Origin: Macrostomum lignano
Taxonomy: Eukaryota
Reading direction: 5' to 3'
Length of the DNA stretch: 64,000 nucleotides
NCBI GenBank assembly: GCA_002269645.1
Contig: NIVC01001752.1
Coordinates: 1-64,000, forward strand
The notes under the pieces were generated by a model. It had not been told where the DNA came from and ran no database searches. It saw nothing but the letters and a program-made list of their open reading frames with translations. The stretch's first letter is position 1. Each line of letters begins with the position of its first letter. The translations under genes were made by a program, and so were the position numbers. Shown in pieces: positions 25,346 through 36,644 of the stretch.

Positions 25346-26089
25346 TCCTCCCACCTAAAAAACTAGAATTTCATTATTCACCACAGTAGTGGTTTATAGA
25401 ATCTCTTGAGTCGGGCGATCCCTTCAGTACGAACTCAGCAAGTCCATCTGTACCGGGCGAGTCAGACTTGCAGTTTCCCATTTCCTGTCAACTTTTCCTG
25501 CTTCTTTTTTGTCGAAATTTTCTTCAAATATTTCGCGCTGCCGTGAAACAGACAGCTGGGAGCAGTCGGTCATGCCGTTCTCCGCGAGAGGTCGGAGACT
25601 GCTCAAAGCTAAACCCGCTCCATCTCAAGGCGCGATGATTCTGCGTTGGCCTTTTAATCAGTCAGAGAGGATCAGAGCAGCAATCCCCCCCCTGCGCGCG
25701 CTCCAGATCCCCAGATCTGTCGTCATCCGGTTGATTAGCTTGGCAACGCTGCCGCTACAGAATCTCGGGCATCTCAGGATTAACTCGAATGGAATTAGGA
25801 GATAATACCCTGTGTGTGTGTGTAGCTTCGCATGCAGCTATCTATAGGAATTCCGAGAGCTCGGAGTAGAGGCTCAAACTCTCGCGCGTGTGACCGGGTG
25901 TGAAATTCGCCACACTTCCGCTGTACAAGTCCCATCCGTTATGCACACCTATCACTGTAGATATCTTGCCGTTATTATAGTATTTAGACTATACTGCTAT
26001 AGTAATGCATATTATGAGACTAGCTAATGCTCAATATTAATATGCAGTACAGCCTACTGAGGTCTGTAATGTGGCTCTTTCCCTCTGTC

Positions 26090-26860
26090 CCAGTATCTCA
26101 CTCCCAGTCTCATTATCTCATTCCCAGTCTCAGTATCTCACTCCCAGTCTCATTATCTCACTCCCAGTCTCAGTATCTCACTCCCAGTCTCAGTATCTCA
26201 CTCCCAGTCTCAGTATCTCACTCCCAGTCTCAGTATCTCATTTTCAGTTCCAGTATCTCAATCCCAGTCTCAGTTTCTCACTCCCAGTCTCAGTATCTCA
26301 TTTTCAGTTCCAGTATCTCAATCCCAGTCTCAGTATCTCATTTTCAGTTCCAGTATCTCAATCCCAGTCTCAGTATCTCATTTTCAGTTCCAGTATCTCA
26401 ATCCCAGTCTCAGTATCTCATTTTCAGTTCCAGTATCTCAATCCCAGTCTCAGTATCTCACTCCCAGTCTCAGTATCTCATTTTCAGTTCCAGTATCTCA
26501 ATCCCAGTCTCAGTATCTCATTTTCAGTTCCAGTATCTCAATCCCAGTCTCAGTTTCTCACTCCCAGTCTTAGTATCTCACTCCCAGTCTCAGTATCTCC
26601 CTCTTAGTCTTACTATCTCACTCCTAGTCTTACTATCTCACTCCTAGTCTTACTATCTCACTCCTAGTCTTACTATCTCACTCCTAGTCTTACTATCTCA
26701 CTCCCAGTCTCAGTATCTCATTTTCAGTTCCAGTATCTCAATCCCAGTCTAAGTTTCTCACTCCCAGTCTCAGTATCTCAACTCTCAGTCTCAGTATCTC
26801 ACTTCCAGACTCAATATCTAACTCACAGTCCTAGTATCCCACTCTCAGCTTCAGTATTTG
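26090..26860 (+). repeat. 20 bp minisatellite (CTCCCAGTCTCAGTATCTCA) with a 40-bp dimer variant
   Basis: Tandem units. Confidence 0.93.
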
Positions 26861-27504
26861 GTCCAGTAAATGTTTTCAAAATGAAAATTAAATAATAAAA
26901 CTACAGTTTGTATCCATTGTCCAAGTCAGCGCAGCAACAACCCGTGAAGGAGAGAGAGAGAGAGAGAAGCACACATGAATTCACATCCACAAAGTCACTG
27001 AACTGGAAAACGAAGTCGCTCCCCGCTAAGCCTATCTTATCTGTAATAATAATAAAAATGTGTCTCAAATGACACCCAGCTCACTTGTTCAGCACGCCGC
27101 CCCAGTTCTCAGTCCATGGCAGGCAACAGGCAAAGGGCGTCAGACTATACAGTTGCTTGGCCATAAAAATCGTAACAGCTTCTTCTTAGTTTCAGGTAGA
27201 CTACCTCTCGCTCACACACAACATTTAGCTGTATATGACAAACTTGTTGCTCAAAAATCGCACCTTTCTGTCTGGAGTTGCAGTGCGCGCTTGACAATTA
27301 AATTTTATTACTTTTTGTTGTGTAGGCATTTAATTATACTCTGGTCTTGGCTGAGTTGCCGTGGCATGTTTTGTACTCGTTTGTGTTTGTCGTAAAAATT
27401 TCTTGAAATTTTGATTTTTCATAAAGTAGCTGTCTATAATGCATGCACACTGTGGATGCCAGAAAGGTTTCTTTGGATGTCAGACGTGCCAGTTTAAATG
27501 TAAG

Positions 27505-27965
27505 AGGCGCAAAATCCAAATTGGAGTGTCAGTGGCGCCGAATCTAACTTGGTTGTCAGGTGGCGCCAACTCCAAAGCTGGTTGTCAGGTGGCGCCAAAT
27601 CCAAAGCTGGTTGTCAGGTGGCGCCAAATCCAAAGCTGGTTGTCAGGTGGCGCCAAATCTAAATTGGGTTGTCAGTGGTGCCAAATCCAAATTGTGATGT
27701 CAGTGGCGCCGAATTCAAACTGTGCTGTCAGTGGCGCCGAATTCAAACTGTGCTGTCAGTGGCGCCGAATTCAAACTGTGCTGTCAGTGGCGCCAAATCC
27801 AAATTGGAGTGTCAGTGGCGCCGAATCTAACTTGGTTGTCAGGTGGCGCCAAATCCAAAGCTGGTTGTCAGGTGGCGCCAAATCCAAAGCTGGTTGTCAG
27901 GTGGCGCCAAATCCAACTTGTTTTTCAGTGACGCCAAATCCAACTGAGATTTAAGTGGCGCCAAT
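27505..27965 (+). repeat. ~29 bp GGCGCC-core minisatellite (GTCAGGTGGCGCCAAATCCAAAGCTGGTT)
   Basis: Tandem units. Confidence 0.9.
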
Positions 27966-29884
27966 TCCAATATTTTCGGTGCCCAATAGTTAGGAATTAA
28001 AATGAAATTAAAGAAACGGATAATTTTTAGCAATTCTATGAAAGCAACGGTTTGAAATGATTCGTACGCCGTCAAATGAAAGAAAAGCGACATGCCGTGT
28101 CACGGGAATGAAAAATCACAATTGAGTTTTAATTCGCTCAAAGATCAAGCTTAAGATAAAGAGGAGAGTGGGGAGATCATTTTTTGAAGCAAAAAGAAAA
28201 TCCCAGCCCATATGGCCCCCTGCAGACAGTGAGAGTCAGTTTAAGCTCAAGAAATTAAAAGCAATGATTTTCTCTTGACCGCTGGCTACCTGCAGGAGTG
28301 ACGCAATCGGGCGCAGTTTCCGTGTTTCGGTTTTTTTTCTAAGTCTTCTTTTTTTCTATAAAAAAAGAACCCCGGCTTTTGTTATAATAGACGAAGCAGA
28401 GAAATGAAATTTGAGACATTGAGTTCTGTGCGGAGCACGCTACCGCTTAAAATGTTATTATGTAATCTATATATACTGTATGTATAGCTCAACATATACT
28501 CGTATTTTATATTGCCAATACTGGCATGAGTTGTTGCGCTAAGTATTGGTGACTCTCGGACGATATAAGCCCCTCTGTTGCTTTCGGCTTACAAGATTTC
28601 AGTCCCCTGATTAGCTTTGGTTCTTTGGAAAGGATTTTTTCTCTAAATTCTGAATTTGGCTGGGGCTTGCGGTCAAGGAGACCCACAGAGATAGAGATCC
28701 TGGACAAGTTCAGGCTGACTTCAAGTTTTCATACAGGTGGGATATTTGGGTATTTAGTGCTCAAAAAACCCCCTGAAAACTTCCCAAACTGCAGAATTGG
28801 AGCCAAGCCAAAAAGTTTTCTGCATTTCTGAGGATTTAAGGCAGGAGCTGGCGAACCAAGTTTCTGGCTCTAGACCTTGTCGGCATGGATGACCCCACAC
28901 TGACTCAGGGGGGGGGGGCTGAGCAAATTAATAGAAAATCTCTGTAAGCCCCGGCTTTGTTGCCCCCAACAAAACGAAGTCTAAAGAAATCCGACAGATC
29001 ACGGAAAGCGTTGCATTGCGGACAAGAAAATTGTGATTGTCGGATATCCGCTTCGTTTTTCGTGCACGGACTTGGAATAGAAGCCAACAAATTATCTGTA
29101 CAAGATTCCCCATTTTAACTTTATCGAGGGCTCAATTTAAGCATTTTGTCTTTGAGCATTTCGGTAATGTTGCAATTTTTTCAAATTCACTAAGATTTGA
29201 ACCATTATAAAATTCTAATTGATACTTAAATTATTTAGATATTTGAGTAATTTATTCAGAATTTATTCAGCTTTTGAACGACTTCTTAGTTTTACAAATT
29301 GAGCATACCGTTTTGAAATTATGTTGAAAAAAGTGAAGGCACTCTACTCAATTTGACTATCTTCCTGTGCATAAGACTCATCCGGACTGATCAGAGATGA
29401 GCCCTGTTGATAAATTTGATCAGCTTCCACTTGTTCAACTACAAAATTTAAGATTGACAGTTTGAGATAAGCACCGGAAAACACGCTGGATGAAGTTTTT
29501 TGGATAAACCTATAGATGGGCATTTATACTCGTATGGAAGTTTAGCAGGGAAAGTTTAATTAGAGCCAAACGAGCCGCAGAACAAAGACTCTCTGTGGAG
29601 AAGCTTGCTTTTCCTTAGATCGCCACCTGGACCACCTGTTGCTCTTGGCTTTATTCGTAGTCTGCGATATTTTCTACATGCCAAAAATGTCGGTTGATGC
29701 AAGTCAGCTGCCTTCATTCAAAACTCGTATAGAGGTTGAGGCTGGGAAGATGGAAAGGGGATATGACGTAAGAGCCTTTTTGGCACTAATTAGCACAGCA
29801 ATTATTCCGTGACTAAATCCCCACGGCTACACTGGGGTGGCCTCTTGACTCCCAATCTTAGAGCCTCATAACTTTGAATATGGT

Positions 29885-30385
29885 GGGCGCCCCTTGACTC
29901 TGAATTTTGGCGCCACTTGACTCTAGATGTTAGCGCCACTTAACTCTAGATGTTAGCGCCTCTTGACTCTGGATGTTGGCTCCACTTGACTCTGAATATT
30001 GGCGCCCCTTGTCTCTGAATACTGGCGTCACTTGACTCTGAATATTGGCGCCATTTGACTCTGAATCTTGGCGTCCTTGACTCTTAATCTTGGCGCCCTA
30101 CTGACTCTGAATGTTGGCGCCCTGTTGACTCTGAATGTTGGCGCCACTTGACTATAAGTGTTGGCGCCCCTTGACTCTGAATATTGACGCCACTTGACTC
30201 TGAATATTGGCGCCACTTGACTCTGAATAATGGCGCCACTTGACTCTGAATATTGGCGCCACTTGACTCTGAATATTGGCGCCACTTGACTCTCAATGTT
30301 GGCGCTCTGGTGACTCTAAATATTGGCGCCTCTTGACTCTTGGTGTTGGCGCCCCTTGACTCTGAATATTGACGCCCCGTTTACT
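29885..30385 (+). repeat. ~23 bp GGCGCC-core minisatellite (TGGCGCCACTTGACTCTGAATAT)
   Basis: Tandem units. Confidence 0.92.
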
Positions 30386-30877
30386 CCTCGCAGTTAAACT
30401 GAAACCAAAGCAGACAGTCTTGCATCATGCTTAGCTAGCGGCCACTTTCACCGAGGAACAAAGGAAAAGAAAGTTTCTTTTATTGCTCGCATTGGTTATC
30501 AGCATCTAGCCGCTGGTGCAGGGTCCAGTCTGGGGGCAGGGGGTATGGCCAGAGGCTGCAATGCAAAGGAAAAAATGGAAAGAAGGTTGCGGCAAGCAGC
30601 CTTTAATTCCCAATGACCAGCCTCTATTATGGCTTCTACGGTTGCTCCCGCAGGGGGTCACTATATTATTATATATATATATATATATATAATTTCTTCT
30701 ATGCCTCATAATTTGCTTTTCCTGTATCTATGGATAGCAAAATCCGCAGATTTTCGGCTGTGTTTATTGTTATATCATATTGTGCCACTGTGATATTTTT
30801 GCACAGGTATTCGTACAGTCTGTGCGGATGATATATGCCATGCCTCGCTTTGTGCCCCGTTTTTAATCCAGAGAAAG

Positions 30878-31420
30878 CGCCTCTCATACCCGAAAAATGG
30901 CGCCTCTCATAACCTGAGAAAAAGCGCCTCTCATAACCTGAAAAATGGCGCCTCTCATACCCGAAAAATGGCGCCTCTCATAACCTGAGAAAAAGCGCCT
31001 CTCATAACCTGAAAAATGGCGCCTCTCATACCTGAAAAATGGCGCCTCTCATACCTGAGAAATGGCGCCTCTCATACCTGAGAAATAGCGCCTCTCGTAT
31101 ATGAGAAATGGCGCTTCTCATATCCCAGAAATGGCGTCTCTCATAACCTGAAAAATGGCTCTTTCATACCTGAGAAATAGCGCCTCTCGTACCTTAAAAT
31201 GGCGCCTCTCAAATCTGAAAAACGGTACCTCTCATGCCAAAAAATGGCGCCTCTCATACCTGAGAAATGGTGCTTCTCATATCCCAGAAATGGCGTCTAT
31301 TTTACCCGAAAAATGGCGCCTGTTATAACCTGAGAAATGCGCCTCTCATAACCTGAGAAATAGCGCCTCTCATAACCTGAGAAATAGCGCCTCTCATACC
31401 TGAGAAATGCGCCTCTCAAA
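30878..31420 (+). repeat. ~23-24 bp GGCGCC-core minisatellite (AATGGCGCCTCTCATACCTGAGA)
   Basis: Tandem units. Confidence 0.92.
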
Positions 31421-32148
31421 ATCCAATAAAGAATCGCAGTACAGACGCATAAACGAAGAAGTTTGGAACCCCAAAAAACTGACCAACCAACCGAAGAATG
31501 AGATAATGATTTACAATCATAAATATAAATCTACAGGTCAATTCGTTGCGAAAACAAAGACAGCAGCTCCAGCTCTTACAAGCGGCTTGGAAACTTTCAA
31601 AGGCCAATTATAATTTATGGCTACACTCCAAAACAAAGGGACAGTCGCGAGAAACGAATGCCAAACGGCTTATTTACGATTGGGGGTCAGTGTTTATTAT
31701 TGCTAATTAAATATTACACCTGCTGATTTACATTTTGATGGCGCTTTGATCTGTTAATTAGTTTCCAAAGCCAAGGCACGTTCGTGGTTACTTGAAGAGG
31801 ACACGTCTCGAAGACAAGAAGTCGTTTCTTCCTCAACAGGCCGACTGCATGCACTTTTCCTTGTCTGACGTGCCAGGCAAAACTTGTCGCGTAAAACCGG
31901 AATGGGAATTATGCAAATCAGGCCCGGCTGCGACTGTTGCTGCTGTGAGATGCTTATCGATGCTACAGCGATCTGGGGAGGCGCTCGCGGAGGTTGGGAG
32001 GTCCTGGTTTGTTGGGAGAGAATCTTGGGCACCGATAATTGGGCACTTATCCCGCCTTTGCAAGAAAATCCTTCAAGCGTTGGAGGCCTCTGTGGAGAAT
32101 TAGCTGGGAAACTGCGGGATCTGAGCTGGGAGCAAAGCAATGGGGAAT

Positions 32149-32547
<399 letters not shown>

Positions 32548-32763
32548 CCGGTATCGAAGTATATATCTATGTATCTATCATCATTAGCATTATTATCCTA
32601 AACACCTCAATCACTCTCTACCCAGCACAAGGTGGCCACACCCTGGAGGCGCACTGGCACAAAGGAATTGTTAATCTGCTGTCTCCAGCCTTTCCCAATG
32701 GAATTATGTCCCTGAGATAGCCGCAGCATATTTATCGCCCTGCAGATTTCACGCTTCACCGCC

Positions 32764-33144
32764 CACTCTTCCCCTGAAGTAGGATATTGGTCCATGAAAT
32801 ATACCAAGAAAGCGGTTTGTTTCCCATAGATCTGTGTCCTTATAGTAGCCTAAAACAATGTTCACTGAAATCCTATCGCATTGTCTGTACACCGTACAGG
32901 TATATTAATTAGTCCAGTACTAGCTGGCTGTTATAGTTGGTATTTACTTCACACTGGGGCCTCTGAATTGAATATTTATAGTAAAATTCAGACATGGATA
33001 TGCAGTTAAATACTTCAATAGATTCAATCCATTCGCACCTGCATATATCAACATTTGCACCTGTGTAATAACTACCTTTATATGCACCTTGACACCTGTA
33101 ATTTTTTTATCGTAAGTGCGAAACTGCCGTAACTGCGAAAAAAT
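32764..33144 (+). repeat. Left TIR of the transposon
   Basis: Reverse complement of 35752-36120. Confidence 0.93.
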
Positions 33145-33446
33145 CCATATAATAGATGGGCAAGGGGTAAAAACTATATATTCTACAGCTGTCACTTCAA
33201 AAAGCTAAAAGCACAACAGACTTTGTTTGTCAATCAAGATTTTCAAGCCTTGTCAGTGGTAGGCTTATGAGAAGGGAAATTTTAAATCGATCTCTTCCAT
33301 AGACATTTGATTTTGTTTCACAAGTTTTTGTTGGTATGTACACTGGTGTTGAGGGTTTGGCCATAGACAAAAGTCTTGAGGAGATGAGCTGACTGTCAGT
33401 GTGAAATTTATGCCTTTATATTTTTTGGCTTTCATTGCTTCTCAAA

Positions 33447-35498
33447 ATGCCTAACAGTAGGCGAACACACGAAGAAAGTCGAAACAGTGTGTGCATTTTA
33501 TGCTTTCGCAAGGGTGACCGACAATTGACTGTAAGTCTGGAAGCCTTAATCGAGTGCTATGTCCTGCCTGGATTTGCTCAACACCGAGCATTTCTGCCGT
33601 CAGGTATCTGCAACTCCTGCCGGATCAAGTTGTCATCGCAGAACAGTGCAGCACCAGCACCTCTTCCGCCTCGCTTGCCATACGAAAAAGTAATAGATGA
33701 TCTGCGCTACCTTCCACCACTCACTCGTGAACGTCCTGAGTGCAGCTGCTGGATCTGCAATGTCGCCTCCAGCAGGGCTAACAAGAACGTGAATGTAGCG
33801 CACCCCTACATGTCAGATGAGTTCAATTCAGGGGTAGCAACTCCACTTGGCCGTCCTCTGAACTGTGCACCTGGATCCGTGAAAGACAGCGTCAAACATT
33901 GCGGCACATGCTCGTCACCAGTGGCGCGGGGAGTGCGACATGAATGTGGACAAGCCGCAAAGCTGCGCTACCTCAGCACCTTGAGTCCAAGTTCAATGGA
34001 GCATGTAGCCTGCAGTTTTCTCCGCAAAAAACTAAACGCAGCAGACGTGTCTTCTTCCGGAGATGCTGCAACAGCTAGTCTGTCTTCTGGTTTCGGTGGG
34101 CATCCAATCCAAGTCCAAGCTGTTGACACATCAACCAGCCATGTCCCACAAATGTTGCACAGCACAATGAGGGCCATGAAAACTGCCTTGAACCTAAGCA
34201 CCAACCAGACCATTCAAGCTGCGCAAGTGATAAGAGAGGCGTCTGGCAACAGAAAAGCAATTCAACCTGGATTGAAGGAGTTCCTGTTTTCTGAAGGCCA
34301 GAGTGTCGCTCATTTCTTTGCTGTGGAGCAGCTCCAGTTCATCTGCAAGCAACCATCTGGGCAAGTAATTTCAATTGATCGTTCAGCTGTGTTCTGTTGC
34401 AATGTGAGTGAGTTCTTGGCTTATGTTTGCAGTTTGAGAGGCATGGCTGAGATGGAACATCATCTCAAGCTTGGAATTGATGGTGGAGGGAATTCATTGA
34501 AGATTTGCATCAGCGTTACTGATAGTGATGGGCTCCTGGCACAAGCTTCAATGCCTGGGCCATCCAATAGATTTCTCAACTCGGGGGTTAAAAAGCTTTT
34601 CGTCCTGGCCATCGTAGAGGATGTCAAAGAGTGTTACGAGAATGTCAAAACTCTATTATCCACCATGGACATCAGTTCCTTCCTATTCACTTTGGCCTGT
34701 GACTTCAAGCTAGCCAACATCATCTGTGGCATTCAAAGCCATGCTTCGACGCATCCTTGCCTTTACTGCGAGGGCAAGTCTCCATGGACCACTCCAGCAC
34801 CAAGCAGAACACTTGGCTCAGTGAGGCGGCTGGCAAACGAGTTTCAGTTGGCCGGCGGACATCAGCCTGCTGCCAAACACTTTGCCAACTGTGTTCAGTC
34901 TCCACTGCTGCCTGGACTGGATTCCACTGAACTGATTGAGTTGGTGCCACCACCTGAGCTGCACATTATGCTTGGCATTGTGAACCGTTTGCTGGATGAG
35001 CTCAACAACCGATGGGGCAATGATATGGCCTACAAGTGGGCCCATGGAGCAGGGATCTGTCGTCAGCAGTATCATGGAGGTTGCTTGGAAGGTCCAGCAT
35101 GCAAGAAGCTGCTTCTAAAGGCTGGCGAGCTATGGAACATTTTACCTGCGCACCTGAAAATGTTTGCCGTTGCACTTCAGGATTTCAATGCAATTCGGCT
35201 AGCCTGCTTTGGCCAAACTCTTGCCAATGACTTTGCTTTGCATATTGCTCGATTTCAGACGACATGCCAGTTCCTCCAGCTAAATGTGACACCCAAGATG
35301 CATGCACTATTCCACCATGTGCCAACATTCTGTTCAAAGTCTGGCAAGGCATTGGGGAGCTTTAGTGAGCAGACAGTGGAGTCAGCTCACAGTGATTTCG
35401 AGGCCACCTGGCAAAGATATCGGCGCCCTTTCAATCATCCACAGTACACCGCAAACCTTCTTCAGGCTGTTGTGAACTATAATTCGTTTCATATTTGA
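33447..35498 (+). CDS. DDE transposase, 683 aa, with Chapaev-type N-terminal zinc finger and RAG1/Transib-like catalytic core
   Basis: N-terminus: H8-X7-C16xxC19, P51-X3-C55xxC58, C99xC101xxC104, C152xxC155..H165xC167. Core: LGID345GGG, ACD419FKLANIICGIQ..C438xxC441, PPELHIMLG, H619xxxxH624, SEQTVE645SAH. No stops or frameshifts. Confidence 0.92.
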   Translation: MPNSRRTHEESRNSVCILCFRKGDRQLTVSLEALIECYVLPGFAQHRAFLPSGICNSCRIKLSSQNSAAPAPLPPRLPYEKVIDDLRYLPPLTRERPECSCWICNVASSRANKNVNVAHPYMSDEFNSGVATPLGRPLNCAPGSVKDSVKHCGTCSSPVARGVRHECGQAAKLRYLSTLSPSSMEHVACSFLRKKLNAADVSSSGDAATASLSSGFGGHPIQVQAVDTSTSHVPQMLHSTMRAMKTALNLSTNQTIQAAQVIREASGNRKAIQPGLKEFLFSEGQSVAHFFAVEQLQFICKQPSGQVISIDRSAVFCCNVSEFLAYVCSLRGMAEMEHHLKLGIDGGGNSLKICISVTDSDGLLAQASMPGPSNRFLNSGVKKLFVLAIVEDVKECYENVKTLLSTMDISSFLFTLACDFKLANIICGIQSHASTHPCLYCEGKSPWTTPAPSRTLGSVRRLANEFQLAGGHQPAAKHFANCVQSPLLPGLDSTELIELVPPPELHIMLGIVNRLLDELNNRWGNDMAYKWAHGAGICRQQYHGGCLEGPACKKLLLKAGELWNILPAHLKMFAVALQDFNAIRLACFGQTLANDFALHIARFQTTCQFLQLNVTPKMHALFHHVPTFCSKSGKALGSFSEQTVESAHSDFEATWQRYRRPFNHPQYTANLLQAVVNYNSFHI

Positions 35499-35751
35499 AC
35501 TTCTAACGTTATGGTTTGATCAACTGGACATAAACTGACTGACCTTGCCTGATTTATTTGTTTCTTCAATAGTGAGTTGCTAGTCTGTTTTAGTTGTATT
35601 GTATGGTTCTTTGTATTGTATTGTCTTTTGTATGGTTCTATTTCTGGTTTCTATTTCTAAACAATGTTCTATTCAGCAACATCTTTCGTATACATTCAGA
35701 ATACAAGCAACTTTTTAGACTTACTTATTATATCACTTTCAATCACTGTGA

Positions 35752-36120
35752 ATTTTTTCGCAGTACTTACGGTAGAAAAAAATTGAAGGTGTCAAGGTGC
35801 ATATAAAGGTAGTTATTACACAGGTGCAAATGTTGATATATGCAGGTGCGAATGGATTGAATCTATTGAAGTATTTAACTGCATATCCATGTCTGAATTT
35901 TACTATAAATATTCAATTCAGAGGCCCTAGTGTGAAGTAAATACTAACTATAACAGCCAGCTAGTACTGGACTAATTAATATACCTGTACGGTGCACAGA
36001 CAATGCGATAGGATTTCAGTGAACATTGTTTTAGGCTACTATAAGGACACAGATCCATGGGAAACAAACCGCTTTCTTGGTATATTTCATGGACCAATAT
36101 CCTACTTCAGGGGAAGAGTG
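35752..36120 (-). repeat. Right TIR of the transposon
   Basis: Reverse complement of 32764-33144. Confidence 0.93.
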
Positions 36121-36644
36121 CGCCTAGAAGCGTCTTTGACTTTCTGTTTAGCCAAACTAAACCCGACTGAGGGTCACCGCGCACCCCGACCATCAGATGA
36201 GAACATTGAAATCGCAATTTAAATACGCATTAAGCAGAAATTCAGCATAAACCGGATTTCAACAAAGCCTTCACAGGAAACCCGAAAAGCTTCATCATCA
36301 AAGACTCGAACGAAAAAAAAACTTAAGCCCGATCCATTGAAGTTTGCTTGGTTTTTTGTTCATAAAGCAACAACCGGCTTCGCCTATTTCCAAAATAGAA
36401 TTTAATAAAAACAGAAATTGTGTCTGTCATTGAAAAAATACCAGTTTAGGAAGGTTTGAAGCCATGGCGACCCAGAGCCAGAAGCTGGAGTTGCCAATTC
36501 GTCAACTTTTACACCAATTTTATCATAACTTAGCTTGGTTTGTCACTCTGTGAGTTGGCCAGCAGGGGTTGATAAACTGGGGTCCCCGAAGCATCTCTCT
36601 TTGAAACTTTACAGTAGCAATCCTGCCTGCTCATGATTTATGTC

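Larger units (their letters stand above)
32764..36120 (+). mobile_element. Full-length autonomous DNA transposon, Chapaev-like (CMC/Transib-RAG1-related), 3357 bp
   Basis: Termini CACTCTTCCCC...GGGGAAGAGTG. TIRs ~370-380 bp (32764-~33144 and ~35752-36120) with only a few substitutions seen by eye and one inner indel. 4-bp TSD CGCC at 32760-32763 and 36121-36124. One intact transposase ORF. Confidence 0.93.

Noticed and set aside
27545-27915. CTCF sites (CAGGTGGCGCC) analogous to vertebrate protocadherin regulation
   Set aside because: Only the 3' half of the motif matches, it lies within a minisatellite, and it is 25 kb from the gene.
30500-30692. Possible retroposon 3' end with a (TA)n tail
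   Set aside because: No ORF, TSD or second copy in the window supports it.
31754-32140. 128-aa minus-strand S/Q/P-rich ORF beside the TCTA repeat as an exon
   Set aside because: No homology recognisable, no ATG start, and no partner exons identified. Needs RNA-seq.
32764-36120. ProtoRAG/RAGL element with a RAG2-like gene or true RSS ends
   Set aside because: Only ~250-300 bp lies between the ORF and each TIR, leaving no room for RAG2L. The terminal heptamer CACTCTT matches CACAGTG only partly, no correctly oriented nonamer was seen, and the TSD is 4 bp rather than 5.
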